Source of the DNA: a virus
Strand: one strand, 5' to 3'
Virus record (IMG/VR): IMGVR_UViG_3300037466_003065
Location: 32,001 to 96,000 of that record
DNA length: 64,000 bases
The notes beneath the pieces were generated by a model. That model ran no database searches. It worked only from the letters and a program-made list of their open reading frames with translations, and had not been told where the DNA came from. Below, piece after piece: positions 18,272-26,402 of this stretch. Position 1 is the first letter of the stretch; each line of letters begins with the position of its first letter. A program made the translations under genes and the position numbers.

Positions 18272-21200
18272 TTAGTTTCCGCAGCTACCGCCGTGGCCGC
18301 AGTTCTGGCACTTCTTACACGTGCCGTTCGGGATCATCGTGTTCCGCTTGCACTGCGGGCACTTCTCCCCGAACTCCACCAGCTCGTCGTGGGGGCGAAA
18401 GCCGGTGTCGATCGCGCCGGGCGGCACACCCACGGCCTTGGTGTAGCCCTCGGGGCCCACCAGCCCGCCCTTCGCGGGGCTGGGGATCTGGCTGCCGGTC
18501 GCTGAGTCGACGTACAGCGTCTCGCCCACCGGCACGTCGGCGGACAGGGCGTAGGTCGGAGCGACGAACCGGATCTCGTCCAGCTTGGGTGCCGGCTTCA
18601 CCTCGCACACGCTGGCGTCGCCCAGTTCGTGGAACCGGATCAGCTTAGCGATCAGGTTGAGCGGGCTGGCCGCGCTCTTGATGTTGGGGTGTCCGACCAG
18701 GCCGTGGGGCTCGAAGTCCGAGTCCATCCAGCTCTTGAGGATCGCGTCGAGCGGGACGCCGAACTGCAGGGCGACGTTGGCGGTTTTGCAGGCCATGTCG
18801 AGCATGGCTTGGAACTCGCCTTGGTCGCGGCTGTAGGTCGCCCAGATCTCCCCGATCGTGCCGTCCGCGTACCGGGTCGTTCGCACGTAGAGCCGGCCGG
18901 CGCCGAGCTCGGCGTAGACGTCGATGCCCGCGGTGCGGACGTGGGGCAACTTGAACCGGTCGACCTTGGGGTCGAGCCGCTTCGGGCTGCTCAGCTTCGG
19001 GGCCAGGCCGAAGTCGGCCGCCAGACGGGTCAGGTCGAGCTTGTCGACGTTGAACTTGAGTTCTTTCAGCGGCTTGTCGTCCACCACTGCGAACCCGACC
19101 TGCGTGGGGTTGCTCTTCACGCCGAACACGTACTCGGCGTGCCGCTCGGCCGACGCCGCGGTGGCCACCTTCTCCACGTCCAGCCCCTCGGCCGTCAGGA
19201 TCGGGGTCTTGGCCGCCTCCTCGACGATCGCCTCCAGGTGCTCGAGCTTCTTGCGGACGAGGTTCAGGGGCTGTGACAGCTTGCACCCGTCGCGGTAGAG
19301 GGCGACCGCCTTGAGGCTGCAGTCGTGACCCATCCGGTACGCCCGCTTGACGTCGTCGACGCTGGCCGAGGCCGGCATGTTGATCGTCTTCGAGATCGCG
19401 CCGGACAGGAACGCCTGGGCCGCCGCCATCATCTTGATGTGGGCCTCCCACGGGATGACCAGCGAGGGGTCGTCCGAGTTGGCCGTCTGGAAGATCTTGC
19501 GATCCTGCGGGCGAATGAAGGGGACGTCCTTCCCGACCCGCTTCCACTCGACCAACTGGTTGATGTTGATGTCGTGGACGCCCCGAGCACGCATCGCCTC
19601 GACCCACTCCGGGTCGCCCTTCCAGTCGGGGCCCACGGTGCCGCACAGGGCATAGACCTCATCGCCGTAGTCGGGCGGCATGATGCCCGTCTTCGTGATC
19701 CACTCGCAGGTCGCGTCGACCTCCCACTTCGCGTAGTCCAGCTTCTCGAGTGCGGCCGGGATGCACTTGGGCACCGGGAACGTCATGCCGGCGCCGCCGA
19801 CGAGCTGCTTGAACGTCTTGAGGCCGAACAGGGGCTCGACGCCGGTCGTGTCGACGTCCATCAGGATGCCGATCGTGCCGGTCGGGGCGAGCAGTGTGGC
19901 CTGGGCGGTGCGGAAGCCGTACTCGGTGGCAAGGTTGTACGCCTGCGAGAGCTTGGCCAGTGTGTGGTCGAGCCACCGGGCGTCGAACTTCTTGACGCCA
20001 CCATTCGCCATGCACAGGGCTCGCTCGAGCGCGTTCCAGTCGAGTCGCTTGGGTTCGACGGTCAGCCCCTTGAAATTCAGCCGGTCGTTCAGGACGGCCA
20101 TGTGGTTGTGGACGACGCGGAGGTGCTCCTCCTTGTTCGCCCAGAACCGCGGGTACGCGCCCAACTCCTTGGCCAGCAGGGCCGACGTGAGCAGGCACTC
20201 CGCGTGCATCGCGGCGGTGATCGCCCCGCACAACGCGACGGCCTCCTCCGAGTCGTACGGGAGCAGGTGGATCATCAGCAGGGCGCCGAGGTCGGCGTAC
20301 CCGAGGCCGATGTCGCGGTAGTTGTACACGCCCATGGCGGTCTGCCGGTCGGGCAGGTGGGCCATGCAGTTCGTGATGTCGAGAATGATCGTCCAGAGGC
20401 GGGTGAAGTGGGCGAACGCGTCGAGGTCGAAGTGGCCGTCCGCGTCAAGGTATGTGGCAAGGCGGCCGCTCGCGAGGTTGCACCCCGAGCCGTTGGGCCG
20501 GAGGAACTCGGAGCACGGGTTGCTGGCGACGATCGGGGCGTCGTTCGGGGTGACGTTCCAGTCGTTGATGATCGTGCCGTAGTGCGTGCCGGGGTCGGCA
20601 CAGAAGTAGGCGGCGAGGGCGATCTCGTGCTCGAGCTCGCGGGCCGGCTTCTTCCACGCCACCTGGCCCGACGTACGCCACGTCGACTCCCAGTCGCCGC
20701 CCGCGTCGACCAGCTCGTAGAACCGGGTGGGGATCTGGACGGTGTGGTTGGCATTCTGGAACGGGACGGTCTCGTACGCCTTGCCCTCGAAGTTGGTGTC
20801 GTAGTTGACGCCCGGCCACTTGTTCTCGCCCTGTGCGGCGAGCTGCTTGGCCTTATGGATGTACTCCTCGGGGACGCCGGCCTCGCGGGCCTCCTGCTCG
20901 CGGAGCTCGACGTAATCCGGCTCCGTCCGCTCGGCGTCGACCGCGTACTGGGCGGCCATGATCCGCTGGCAGTGTTCGTTCACGAGCTTCGACCCGGCGA
21001 CCATCGAGGCGACCTGGATCTCGCTCTCGACCTTGCAGTTGATGAACTCCAGCACGTCCGGGTGGTCGAGGTCGACGACGACCATCTTGGCCGCGCGGCG
21101 GGTCGTGCCCCCACTCTTGATCGCGCCGGCGTTGTAGTCGGCCGTCTTCAGCCACGACATCAGGCCGCTGCTCGTGCCGCCGCCGGAGAGCTTTTCGCTC

Positions 21201-22075
21201 TTGCCGCGGAGCTTCGACACGTTGGCGCCGCTGCCCGAGCCGTACTTGAAGATGCGGCCCTCGCGGGTGTACCAGTCGAGGATGCCGCCCTCCTTACACA
21301 TGCTGTCCTCGACGCCGAGGATGAAGCAGGCGTGACCCTGCACCGTCTTGAATGCCGTCGCCGACTCCTTGACGGCCTTCTTCAGGATCGTGTTGTGCAG
21401 CCCGATGTCGGTGGGCTTGTCGGTCTTGTAGCCGGTGGTTTGGTGTGGGGCGTCGACCAGGTAGTGCCCGGCGCCACGCCCCTCGATGCCGTAGGCCCAC
21501 CAGAGGCCCGTGTTGAAGAACTGCGGACTGTTCGGGGCGGCCATCTGGGCGAGGAGCATGTAGCAGACCTCGTCGTAGAAGGCACGGGCGTTCTGTTCAC
21601 GAAGGTATGCTGACGCGCGACTGTAGCCCGCGTCGTCGTGGTCTTTCGACTTGAAAACGCTGTCGTCTTCGGCTGAGAACGTTAGTTTGTTGATCTGATC
21701 TTCACTCGGCTCGAAGTAGCCGTTCCGCCACCCGTAGTACGTCCACTGGCCGGCGAGGCGACGGACGACCTGCTTGACGCTGCGCTCGCCGGTGGTCGGA
21801 TGGTCGGTGCTCCCCCGCATCGGCTGCAGCCAGAACGGGACGTCCGGCTCGTTCGCTGCCGTGCCCACGGTCGGCACCCCCGCCTTGCGGAAATATTTCG
21901 TGATCAGGATGTTCCGGGCGTTCTTCGACCAGTGCTTGGGCACCTCGCACCCGAGCTGCTGGAAGACGACCTTGCTCTGATCCTTCCAGTCGCGCTGGAC
22001 GAGGTCGTAATTCTCATATTCGAACATTGCGAACGGATCCTGTCCGGGCGCAACGAACCTGCGTTGGATCTCCAT
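18272..22075 (-). CDS. nrdJ: Class II (adenosylcobalamin-dependent) ribonucleotide reductase
   Basis: PNSPQFFNTG, GHACFI, SGSGAN, TTRRAAKM, SNPCSEF, APTGTIG, AISKTINMP, YRDGCKLSQPL, C-terminal CPQC...CQNCG Zn ribbon. Confidence 0.95.
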   Translation of the reverse strand: MEIQRRFVAPGQDPFAMFEYENYDLVQRDWKDQSKVVFQQLGCEVPKHWSKNARNILITKYFRKAGVPTVGTAANEPDVPFWLQPMRGSTDHPTTGERSVKQVVRRLAGQWTYYGWRNGYFEPSEDQINKLTFSAEDDSVFKSKDHDDAGYSRASAYLREQNARAFYDEVCYMLLAQMAAPNSPQFFNTGLWWAYGIEGRGAGHYLVDAPHQTTGYKTDKPTDIGLHNTILKKAVKESATAFKTVQGHACFILGVEDSMCKEGGILDWYTREGRIFKYGSGSGANVSKLRGKSEKLSGGGTSSGLMSWLKTADYNAGAIKSGGTTRRAAKMVVVDLDHPDVLEFINCKVESEIQVASMVAGSKLVNEHCQRIMAAQYAVDAERTEPDYVELREQEAREAGVPEEYIHKAKQLAAQGENKWPGVNYDTNFEGKAYETVPFQNANHTVQIPTRFYELVDAGGDWESTWRTSGQVAWKKPARELEHEIALAAYFCADPGTHYGTIINDWNVTPNDAPIVASNPCSEFLRPNGSGCNLASGRLATYLDADGHFDLDAFAHFTRLWTIILDITNCMAHLPDRQTAMGVYNYRDIGLGYADLGALLMIHLLPYDSEEAVALCGAITAAMHAECLLTSALLAKELGAYPRFWANKEEHLRVVHNHMAVLNDRLNFKGLTVEPKRLDWNALERALCMANGGVKKFDARWLDHTLAKLSQAYNLATEYGFRTAQATLLAPTGTIGILMDVDTTGVEPLFGLKTFKQLVGGAGMTFPVPKCIPAALEKLDYAKWEVDATCEWITKTGIMPPDYGDEVYALCGTVGPDWKGDPEWVEAMRARGVHDININQLVEWKRVGKDVPFIRPQDRKIFQTANSDDPSLVIPWEAHIKMMAAAQAFLSGAISKTINMPASASVDDVKRAYRMGHDCSLKAVALYRDGCKLSQPLNLVRKKLEHLEAIVEEAAKTPILTAEGLDVEKVATAASAERHAEYVFGVKSNPTQVGFAVVDDKPLKELKFNVDKLDLTRLAADFGLAPKLSSPKRLDPKVDRFKLPHVRTAGIDVYAELGAGRLYVRTTRYADGTIGEIWATYSRDQGEFQAMLDMACKTANVALQFGVPLDAILKSWMDSDFEPHGLVGHPNIKSAASPLNLIAKLIRFHELGDASVCEVKPAPKLDEIRFVAPTYALSADVPVGETLYVDSATGSQIPSPAKGGLVGPEGYTKAVGVPPGAIDTGFRPHDELVEFGEKCPQCKRNTMIPNGTCKKCQNCGHGGSCGN

Positions 22076-22154
22076 TTCGGAGTCCTCCTTGAAGAGTTAA
22101 GGGATTGTCTGAAGGAGTTGGTCTGGCCGACTCGCGAGAGTCTCTATCGGCCAA

Positions 22155-22664
22155 TCAGTGAGGCTTGGCCACTGCCGGAACCCGCCTGAGAAGTTCCTGC
22201 AATTTCGCCCCCGCGTTGGGGTCGAACTGGCCAATAAGATCGCTCGGCGTGGCGCCCGTCTTGTCGTTTGCTTTCTTCCAGGCCGAGCTGAAGTCGTCGA
22301 CCTGTTTCGCCTTCTCGCCGAACCAGACTTGAAGGGGCCCCTGTTGGTCGTACAGGTAGGCGCCGACCGTGGCCGTGGTCATTGCCCGGGACAGGAGGTA
22401 CTGGGTTCGACAGTCCTCGATCGCGTCGCGGAACTGCCACCCCGCCCGCACGGCCACCTGAACGGCCGCGGGGTCATCCTTGTGGAGCTGGATGTACTGC
22501 GACAGGGCCTGGTAGCTCTGCTCCTTGGCGATCCGCAGCGTGTTGTCGAACGCGAGCTGCTTGTGCTCTTCGGTCAGGCGGTAGTTGTCGATCGCCTGCC
22601 GGGTAGCGGTGGAGGTGCAGCCGGCAAGTACGAGTCCGGCAACGACGAGTGCGATGTTCTTCAT
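22155..22664 (-). CDS. Lipoprotein (169 aa)
   Basis: MKNIALVVAGLVLAG-C lipobox from ATG 22664; ATGA overlap with the upstream gene. Confidence 0.75.
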   Translation of the reverse strand: MKNIALVVAGLVLAGCTSTATRQAIDNYRLTEEHKQLAFDNTLRIAKEQSYQALSQYIQLHKDDPAAVQVAVRAGWQFRDAIEDCRTQYLLSRAMTTATVGAYLYDQQGPLQVWFGEKAKQVDDFSSAWKKANDKTGATPSDLIGQFDPNAGAKLQELLRRVPAVAKPH

Positions 22665-22951
22665 GTTGGTTTGATTCCTCTCCGGTACATGGAAATGCGA
22701 AGGGCCGCCCACGTCCGCGGGGGCTTGGGTTTGTTCCACCCGTAGAAGCCCTTGCGGCCGATCAGGATTAGCCCGTCGCAGAGAAGCCAGACACCGACGC
22801 GTTTGTATTCGGCGTGTTTGGCGGGTAGGGGGCGGAACAGGACGAGCATGAAGCCCTTACAGTGCCGGTACGCGTCGACGGCGCCCGAGCCGTAGGTGAC
22901 CCGCATCCGCTTCGTCACCCGCACCTGTGTCCAGATCACGCCGCGTGGCAT
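22661..22951 (-). CDS. Hypothetical basic protein (96 aa)
   Basis: Coupled at both ends (TAATG at 22951, ATGA at 22661). Confidence 0.6.
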   Translation of the reverse strand: MPRGVIWTQVRVTKRMRVTYGSGAVDAYRHCKGFMLVLFRPLPAKHAEYKRVGVWLLCDGLILIGRKGFYGWNKPKPPRTWAALRISMYRRGIKPT

Positions 22952-23538
22952 TAGGCACCCGCCATGCCCGACGACAGCTTGATCGCGGCGAGGACGGCGT
23001 CCTCGAAGTTCTGGGCCTTGATCGCCTTCGCGATCGCGTTGGCGGCCTGCTCGACGTCCTCAAAGTTGAGCCGCAGGCCCTCGTACCGCGTACCCTTGGT
23101 GAGCGAGAGGTAGTCGGCCTCGTAGTCGGCCAATCCGGCATCCTTGTCGCCGACGTGGGGCCACTGGATCTGGTTCAGGTCTTCGATGAAGGTCGTCGAC
23201 CAGACGGCCATCTTCTTGACGACCTCGCCGTCGAGGCCCTTGAGCAGGATGGGGACGAAGTCCTTGGGCAGCAGGCCCAGGACTGTGTAGATCTGCGACA
23301 CCTGCCCGGCGTGGGGCACGTAGTTTCGCAGCATGTCGAGCAGTTCGGTGATCATGTGATTGTCCTCCCGACACACGTCACACGCGGTGACCTGGCCGGA
23401 GATAAGGTGGTAGGGGAATGCGTCGTGAAAATTACCGCACCAACAGCGGCAGACCCATTTGGCGAGTCTGCCGCCGTGGCACGGCCCGAGTGCGGTGAGC
23501 CTGCCGAAGGTACGACTGGTCAGGCGTTCCGGGGTCAT
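22951..23538 (-). CDS. Hypothetical protein with N-terminal Cys-rich domain of the type found in HNH/AP2 endonucleases; possible internal start at 23355
   Basis: TGATG coupling at 23538. FGRLTALG...WVCRCWCGN...LISGQVTACDVC. In-frame GGAGG-N8-ATG at 23355. Confidence 0.65.
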   Translation of the reverse strand: MTPERLTSRTFGRLTALGPCHGGRLAKWVCRCWCGNFHDAFPYHLISGQVTACDVCREDNHMITELLDMLRNYVPHAGQVSQIYTVLGLLPKDFVPILLKGLDGEVVKKMAVWSTTFIEDLNQIQWPHVGDKDAGLADYEADYLSLTKGTRYEGLRLNFEDVEQAANAIAKAIKAQNFEDAVLAAIKLSSGMAGA

Positions 23539-24131
23539 CAGGAAAAGACTTCGTCGGGGTGGACTTGGACGAGCTCGACCCCGGCCTCTTGGAAGAGGTA
23601 GCGACTGGACGGGCTGTAGTCGGGGTGGCTGGTCTTGAGGCAAACAACCCGCTTCACGCCGGCCTGAATGATCTGAATGGCACAATCATGACACGGGACG
23701 CCGCAGGCACAAAACATCTCGGAGCCCAGTGTCACGAGTCCGGCCCGGTTCGCGTTCGCCAAGGCGTTGCGCTCGGCATGGGCACAGTTGCACAGATCGA
23801 GCCCCTGCCCACTGGGGATATCCAGCAGCTTCCGAGGGCACGTCTGGCAACCCGCGTGCTTCGCGGCAAAGTCGGTAGCCGTAGCAACCCCGTACTTCGC
23901 GAGGGCCGTCGCCTTCTGCTCGGGCGTCATCACCTCCTTGAAGATGTGGAACAGTCGGTTGAAACTGTCGTTCGCCTCACCTTTGCGAATCGATCCGTTC
24001 CACCCACCGCACGTCGCACTGTTCCCCGCGGTGACCAGGATGACCCCGATCTTCCGCGAGTAGCACGACTCGTTGTCGTCGGCCAGGGTCTTGGCCAGCT
24101 TCATGTACTTGCGAGTCCACTTATCGATCAT
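23538..24131 (-). CDS. dCMP deaminase (Zn-dependent cytidine deaminase family)
   Basis: RKIGVILV...GWNG, CAHAERNAL, CGVPCHDCAIQIIQAGVKRVV. Confidence 0.9.
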   Translation of the reverse strand: MIDKWTRKYMKLAKTLADDNESCYSRKIGVILVTAGNSATCGGWNGSIRKGEANDSFNRLFHIFKEVMTPEQKATALAKYGVATATDFAAKHAGCQTCPRKLLDIPSGQGLDLCNCAHAERNALANANRAGLVTLGSEMFCACGVPCHDCAIQIIQAGVKRVVCLKTSHPDYSPSSRYLFQEAGVELVQVHPDEVFS

Positions 24132-24273
24132 GACTGACCCCCTGCTGGCTGGGCCAGCCGCGTTCGCTGATGCAGCAGCCGCCAATGACGAGGGCGACCA
24201 CGATGACGATGCAGGTGTAGGCGACGACGGTCTGCAGAAAGTCCCAGCCGTTCGTCTGCTTCTTTTCGGGCAT
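24121..24273 (-). CDS. Small membrane protein (50 aa), not in the ORF track
   Basis: RBS AAGGAG. MPEKKQTNGWDFLQTVVAYTCIVIVVALVIGGCC has one TM segment. Confidence 0.6.
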   Translation of the reverse strand: MPEKKQTNGWDFLQTVVAYTCIVIVVALVIGGCCISERGWPSQQGVSHDR

Positions 24274-24308
24274 GATGCGATCTCCTTGAGGGGTGTGGTT
24301 GTTTTGAG

Positions 24309-24860
24309 TTAGGGGATGATGATCCCGCCGGCCTCGCCCTTGGCCTTGGCCTTGACATCTCGCGACGCGTTTTCCTTGGCGTGCTTGCCGCGGACGTCGG
24401 CGTCCAACTTGTCCATCGGCTTGACGGCGTTCTTAAACGCGACGTTGGCGCCGTGGATCGTGGTGAACAGGTCGAGCAGGAGCTTCACGTCGTTGTCGGC
24501 GTGCTGCAGGCCCTTCGTGCTGAGCAGGCACTCCGACTTGCCGACCGCACGGCCGACCTGGCCTTGCCCGTTCTTGACGAGGGCAGGGTAGATCATGGTG
24601 GCCTTGTTCAGGAGGCACGCGGCGTACGCCGCCTGCCCGAGCTGGATGGCGGTCTGAAGCATGGTCTCCTCGATCGCCTCGGGGACGAGGAGGCTGACCC
24701 GCTTGAAGCCCACGGGGATCTCGCCCTCCGGCGTGACCTCGACCGGGGTATCGGGGGTGACGGCCTGGGCGCCGGCGTCGACCGGCAGGTACTGGTTCTC
24801 GTCGACGACGCCGACTTCTTCGATCGGGGCAACGGACTTCTTCTCGTGCTCGTGGTACAT
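24309..24860 (-). CDS. Hypothetical protein (183 aa)
   Basis: RBS AGGAG, operon context. Confidence 0.7.
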   Translation of the reverse strand: MYHEHEKKSVAPIEEVGVVDENQYLPVDAGAQAVTPDTPVEVTPEGEIPVGFKRVSLLVPEAIEETMLQTAIQLGQAAYAACLLNKATMIYPALVKNGQGQVGRAVGKSECLLSTKGLQHADNDVKLLLDLFTTIHGANVAFKNAVKPMDKLDADVRGKHAKENASRDVKAKAKGEAGGIIIP

Positions 24861-24866
24861 GGGCTC

Positions 24867-25190
24867 CTACTTTTCGAACATGCGGATGTAAAAGGCGTGA
24901 TCCAGCAGCTCCCGCCAGGACACGCCGAACTCTTTCGACACGGCGGTGAGCAGGGCCTTGCCGTACTCCTCGCTCGCCCCCTCGCTACGGAGGTGGGCCT
25001 TCAGGGACTTGGTTAGGACGCGACCGGTGCGGCCGGCGTTCATCTCCTCGACGGACGTGGCCCGCCGGCACTCGGGCAGGTCGATCAGCTCAACCATCGC
25101 CAGCTTGTCGGACGGCGTCTCGGGCAACCACACGAACCCCTTAGACCGGGGCGACGTGCCGGTGTAGTCGGTGAAGAAACTGATCTTCAT
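24867..25190 (-). CDS. Hypothetical protein (107 aa)
   Basis: RBS GGAG, operon context. Confidence 0.7.
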   Translation of the reverse strand: MKISFFTDYTGTSPRSKGFVWLPETPSDKLAMVELIDLPECRRATSVEEMNAGRTGRVLTKSLKAHLRSEGASEEYGKALLTAVSKEFGVSWRELLDHAFYIRMFEK

Positions 25191-25199
25191 GTCACTCCA

Positions 25200-25236
25200 A
25201 TAAAGAGCCCCGATCCCGTGCAGCAGGATCGGGGCT
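25200..25236 (-). terminator. Rho-independent terminator
   Basis: 11-bp stem AGCCCCGATCC/GGATCGGGGCT, then CTTTATT on the minus strand. Confidence 0.65.
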
Positions 25237-25262
25237 GGGGACGTGTTCGTCGGGTCGGGTTG

Positions 25263-25838
25263 TTACGGCTGCGTCGTGGGCGGCGCGAACTCGAACGGCG
25301 TCACCATCGGCACGCTGCCCGGGGCCGGCTTGAAACTCGCCGTCGCCTCCTTGACGCCGTCCGTTATCGCCAGCAAGAGCACCGACGCCGCCTTCTTCCT
25401 CACGTCGGCCGGCTGCCCCGCCAGATACGTGTCCAGCTTCGACTCGACCACCGTTGACAGCTCGTCGAGCAGCGTCCCGACGATTATCCGGTACTTGGGC
25501 TGCACCTTCGTGACCTGCGACGCCACGTACCGCTTCACCAGCGACAGGTCGACCGCGTTGTTCAGGACGGCCTGCTCCACCGTGTCCGCGACCTGGTAGG
25601 CGAACGCGCCCACCTTGGCCTGCGAGTCGGCGTCGACCGAGACCAGCACGGTCGCCGTGGTCAGGGAGCTGACCAGCTTGATCTCGCCCTGGTGAGCCAG
25701 GATCTGCGTGTCCAGCCCCGCGGGCTGGGTGGTGGCCACCCCCGACGACGGCGACGACGCGCAACCGGTCAGGCACAACACAGCGACGGCGACCAACGCG
25801 GCCGCACCTCTCGTAACGAACGCACGAAACGGAGTCAT
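25263..25838 (-). CDS. Lipoprotein (191 aa)
   Basis: Signal with lipobox VLCLTG-C, followed by ATTQPA; C-terminus PPTTQP. RBS AGGAG. Confidence 0.8.
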   Translation of the reverse strand: MTPFRAFVTRGAAALVAVAVLCLTGCASSPSSGVATTQPAGLDTQILAHQGEIKLVSSLTTATVLVSVDADSQAKVGAFAYQVADTVEQAVLNNAVDLSLVKRYVASQVTKVQPKYRIIVGTLLDELSTVVESKLDTYLAGQPADVRKKAASVLLLAITDGVKEATASFKPAPGSVPMVTPFEFAPPTTQP

Positions 25839-25956
25839 GGGACTCTCCTCGAAAGAACCGAAGACCGAGAGCCCGACGCGGGCCCTTCGCTTTCGAGATC
25901 GGCATTTCGGGGATGGGTGGCATGATCAGAATCGTGGGAATCGCGAAGCGGGGGTA

Positions 25957-25985
25957 AGTGTACCCGGAGGGATTACTCGGTGCAA
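25957..25985 (-). promoter_or_regulatory. Leftward sigma-70-like promoter
   Basis: Minus strand TTGCAC-N17-TACACT with TAATCCC in the spacer. Confidence 0.65.
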
Positions 25986-26005
25986 GGGCGGGGAAAGATT
26001 TAATT

Positions 26006-26022
26006 TAATCCCCCCGAGATTA
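26006..26022. promoter_or_regulatory. TAATC-N7-GATTA operator-like palindrome
   Basis: TAATC-cccccga-GATTA. Confidence 0.65.
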
Positions 26023-26031
26023 CTGCGGCAC

Positions 26032-26128
26032 TGTCCCAGTTTTGCGACAGTCCCAATTCTGCGATATGTCGCAGTTCTGCGACACCGCCGCGTTTTTGAC
26101 ACCGCCAGCGTGTCGCAATTCTGCAACA
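26032..26128. repeat. Array of 18-bp near-palindromic repeats TGTCGCA-N4-TGCGACA (iteron/operator-like)
   Basis: Units at 26032-26049, 26049-26066, 26067-26084 (perfect arms) and 26111-26128; degenerate unit at 26085-26101. Confidence 0.75.
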
Positions 26129-26283
26129 CCCCACCCCCTCTACGCGCGGGCGCCCGCGCGAATAAGGAATACCCCCTTCGGGGGTATACCCAGTTCTTAC
26201 TTACTCCCCCTACCCCCCTCTTGAGTTTTCCACCCCCCTAGCGAGGCGCCCGGCGCGGTGCGCGGAAAATTCTGATTCTGATC

Positions 26284-26311
26284 TTGCAGGCCAAACTGCC
26301 GATGGTATGCT
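26284..26311 (+). promoter_or_regulatory. Rightward sigma-70-like promoter of the replication operon
   Basis: TTGCAG-N16-TATGCT with extended -10 TG. Confidence 0.6.
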
Positions 26312-26325
26312 TCGCGAGTCGTTGG

Positions 26326-26388
26326 TAATCACCCAGAGATTACTTCCCGGCTTCGCAGTGCAGAGCGTTGGTAATCCCCCGCGGATTA
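26326..26388. promoter_or_regulatory. Two TAATC-N7-GATTA operators in the leader of the replication operon
   Basis: 26326-26342 TAATC-acccaga-GATTA and 26372-26388 TAATC-ccccgcg-GATTA, both preceded by CGTTGG. Confidence 0.7.
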
Positions 26389-26402
26389 CCTCGCGAGAAC
26401 CG

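Noticed and set aside
26032-26128. Mini CRISPR array
   Set aside because: The units are 18 bp and abut each other without spacers; there are no cas genes apart from a RecB/Cas4-like nuclease 10 kb away.
25708-26241. ORFs across the control region (25708..26241+, 26042..26224+) that read like Rep-protein iteron linkers
   Set aside because: No HTH-bearing N-terminus, no RBS, not in frame with the 26403 gene, and they overlap predicted promoters; the region is treated as non-coding.
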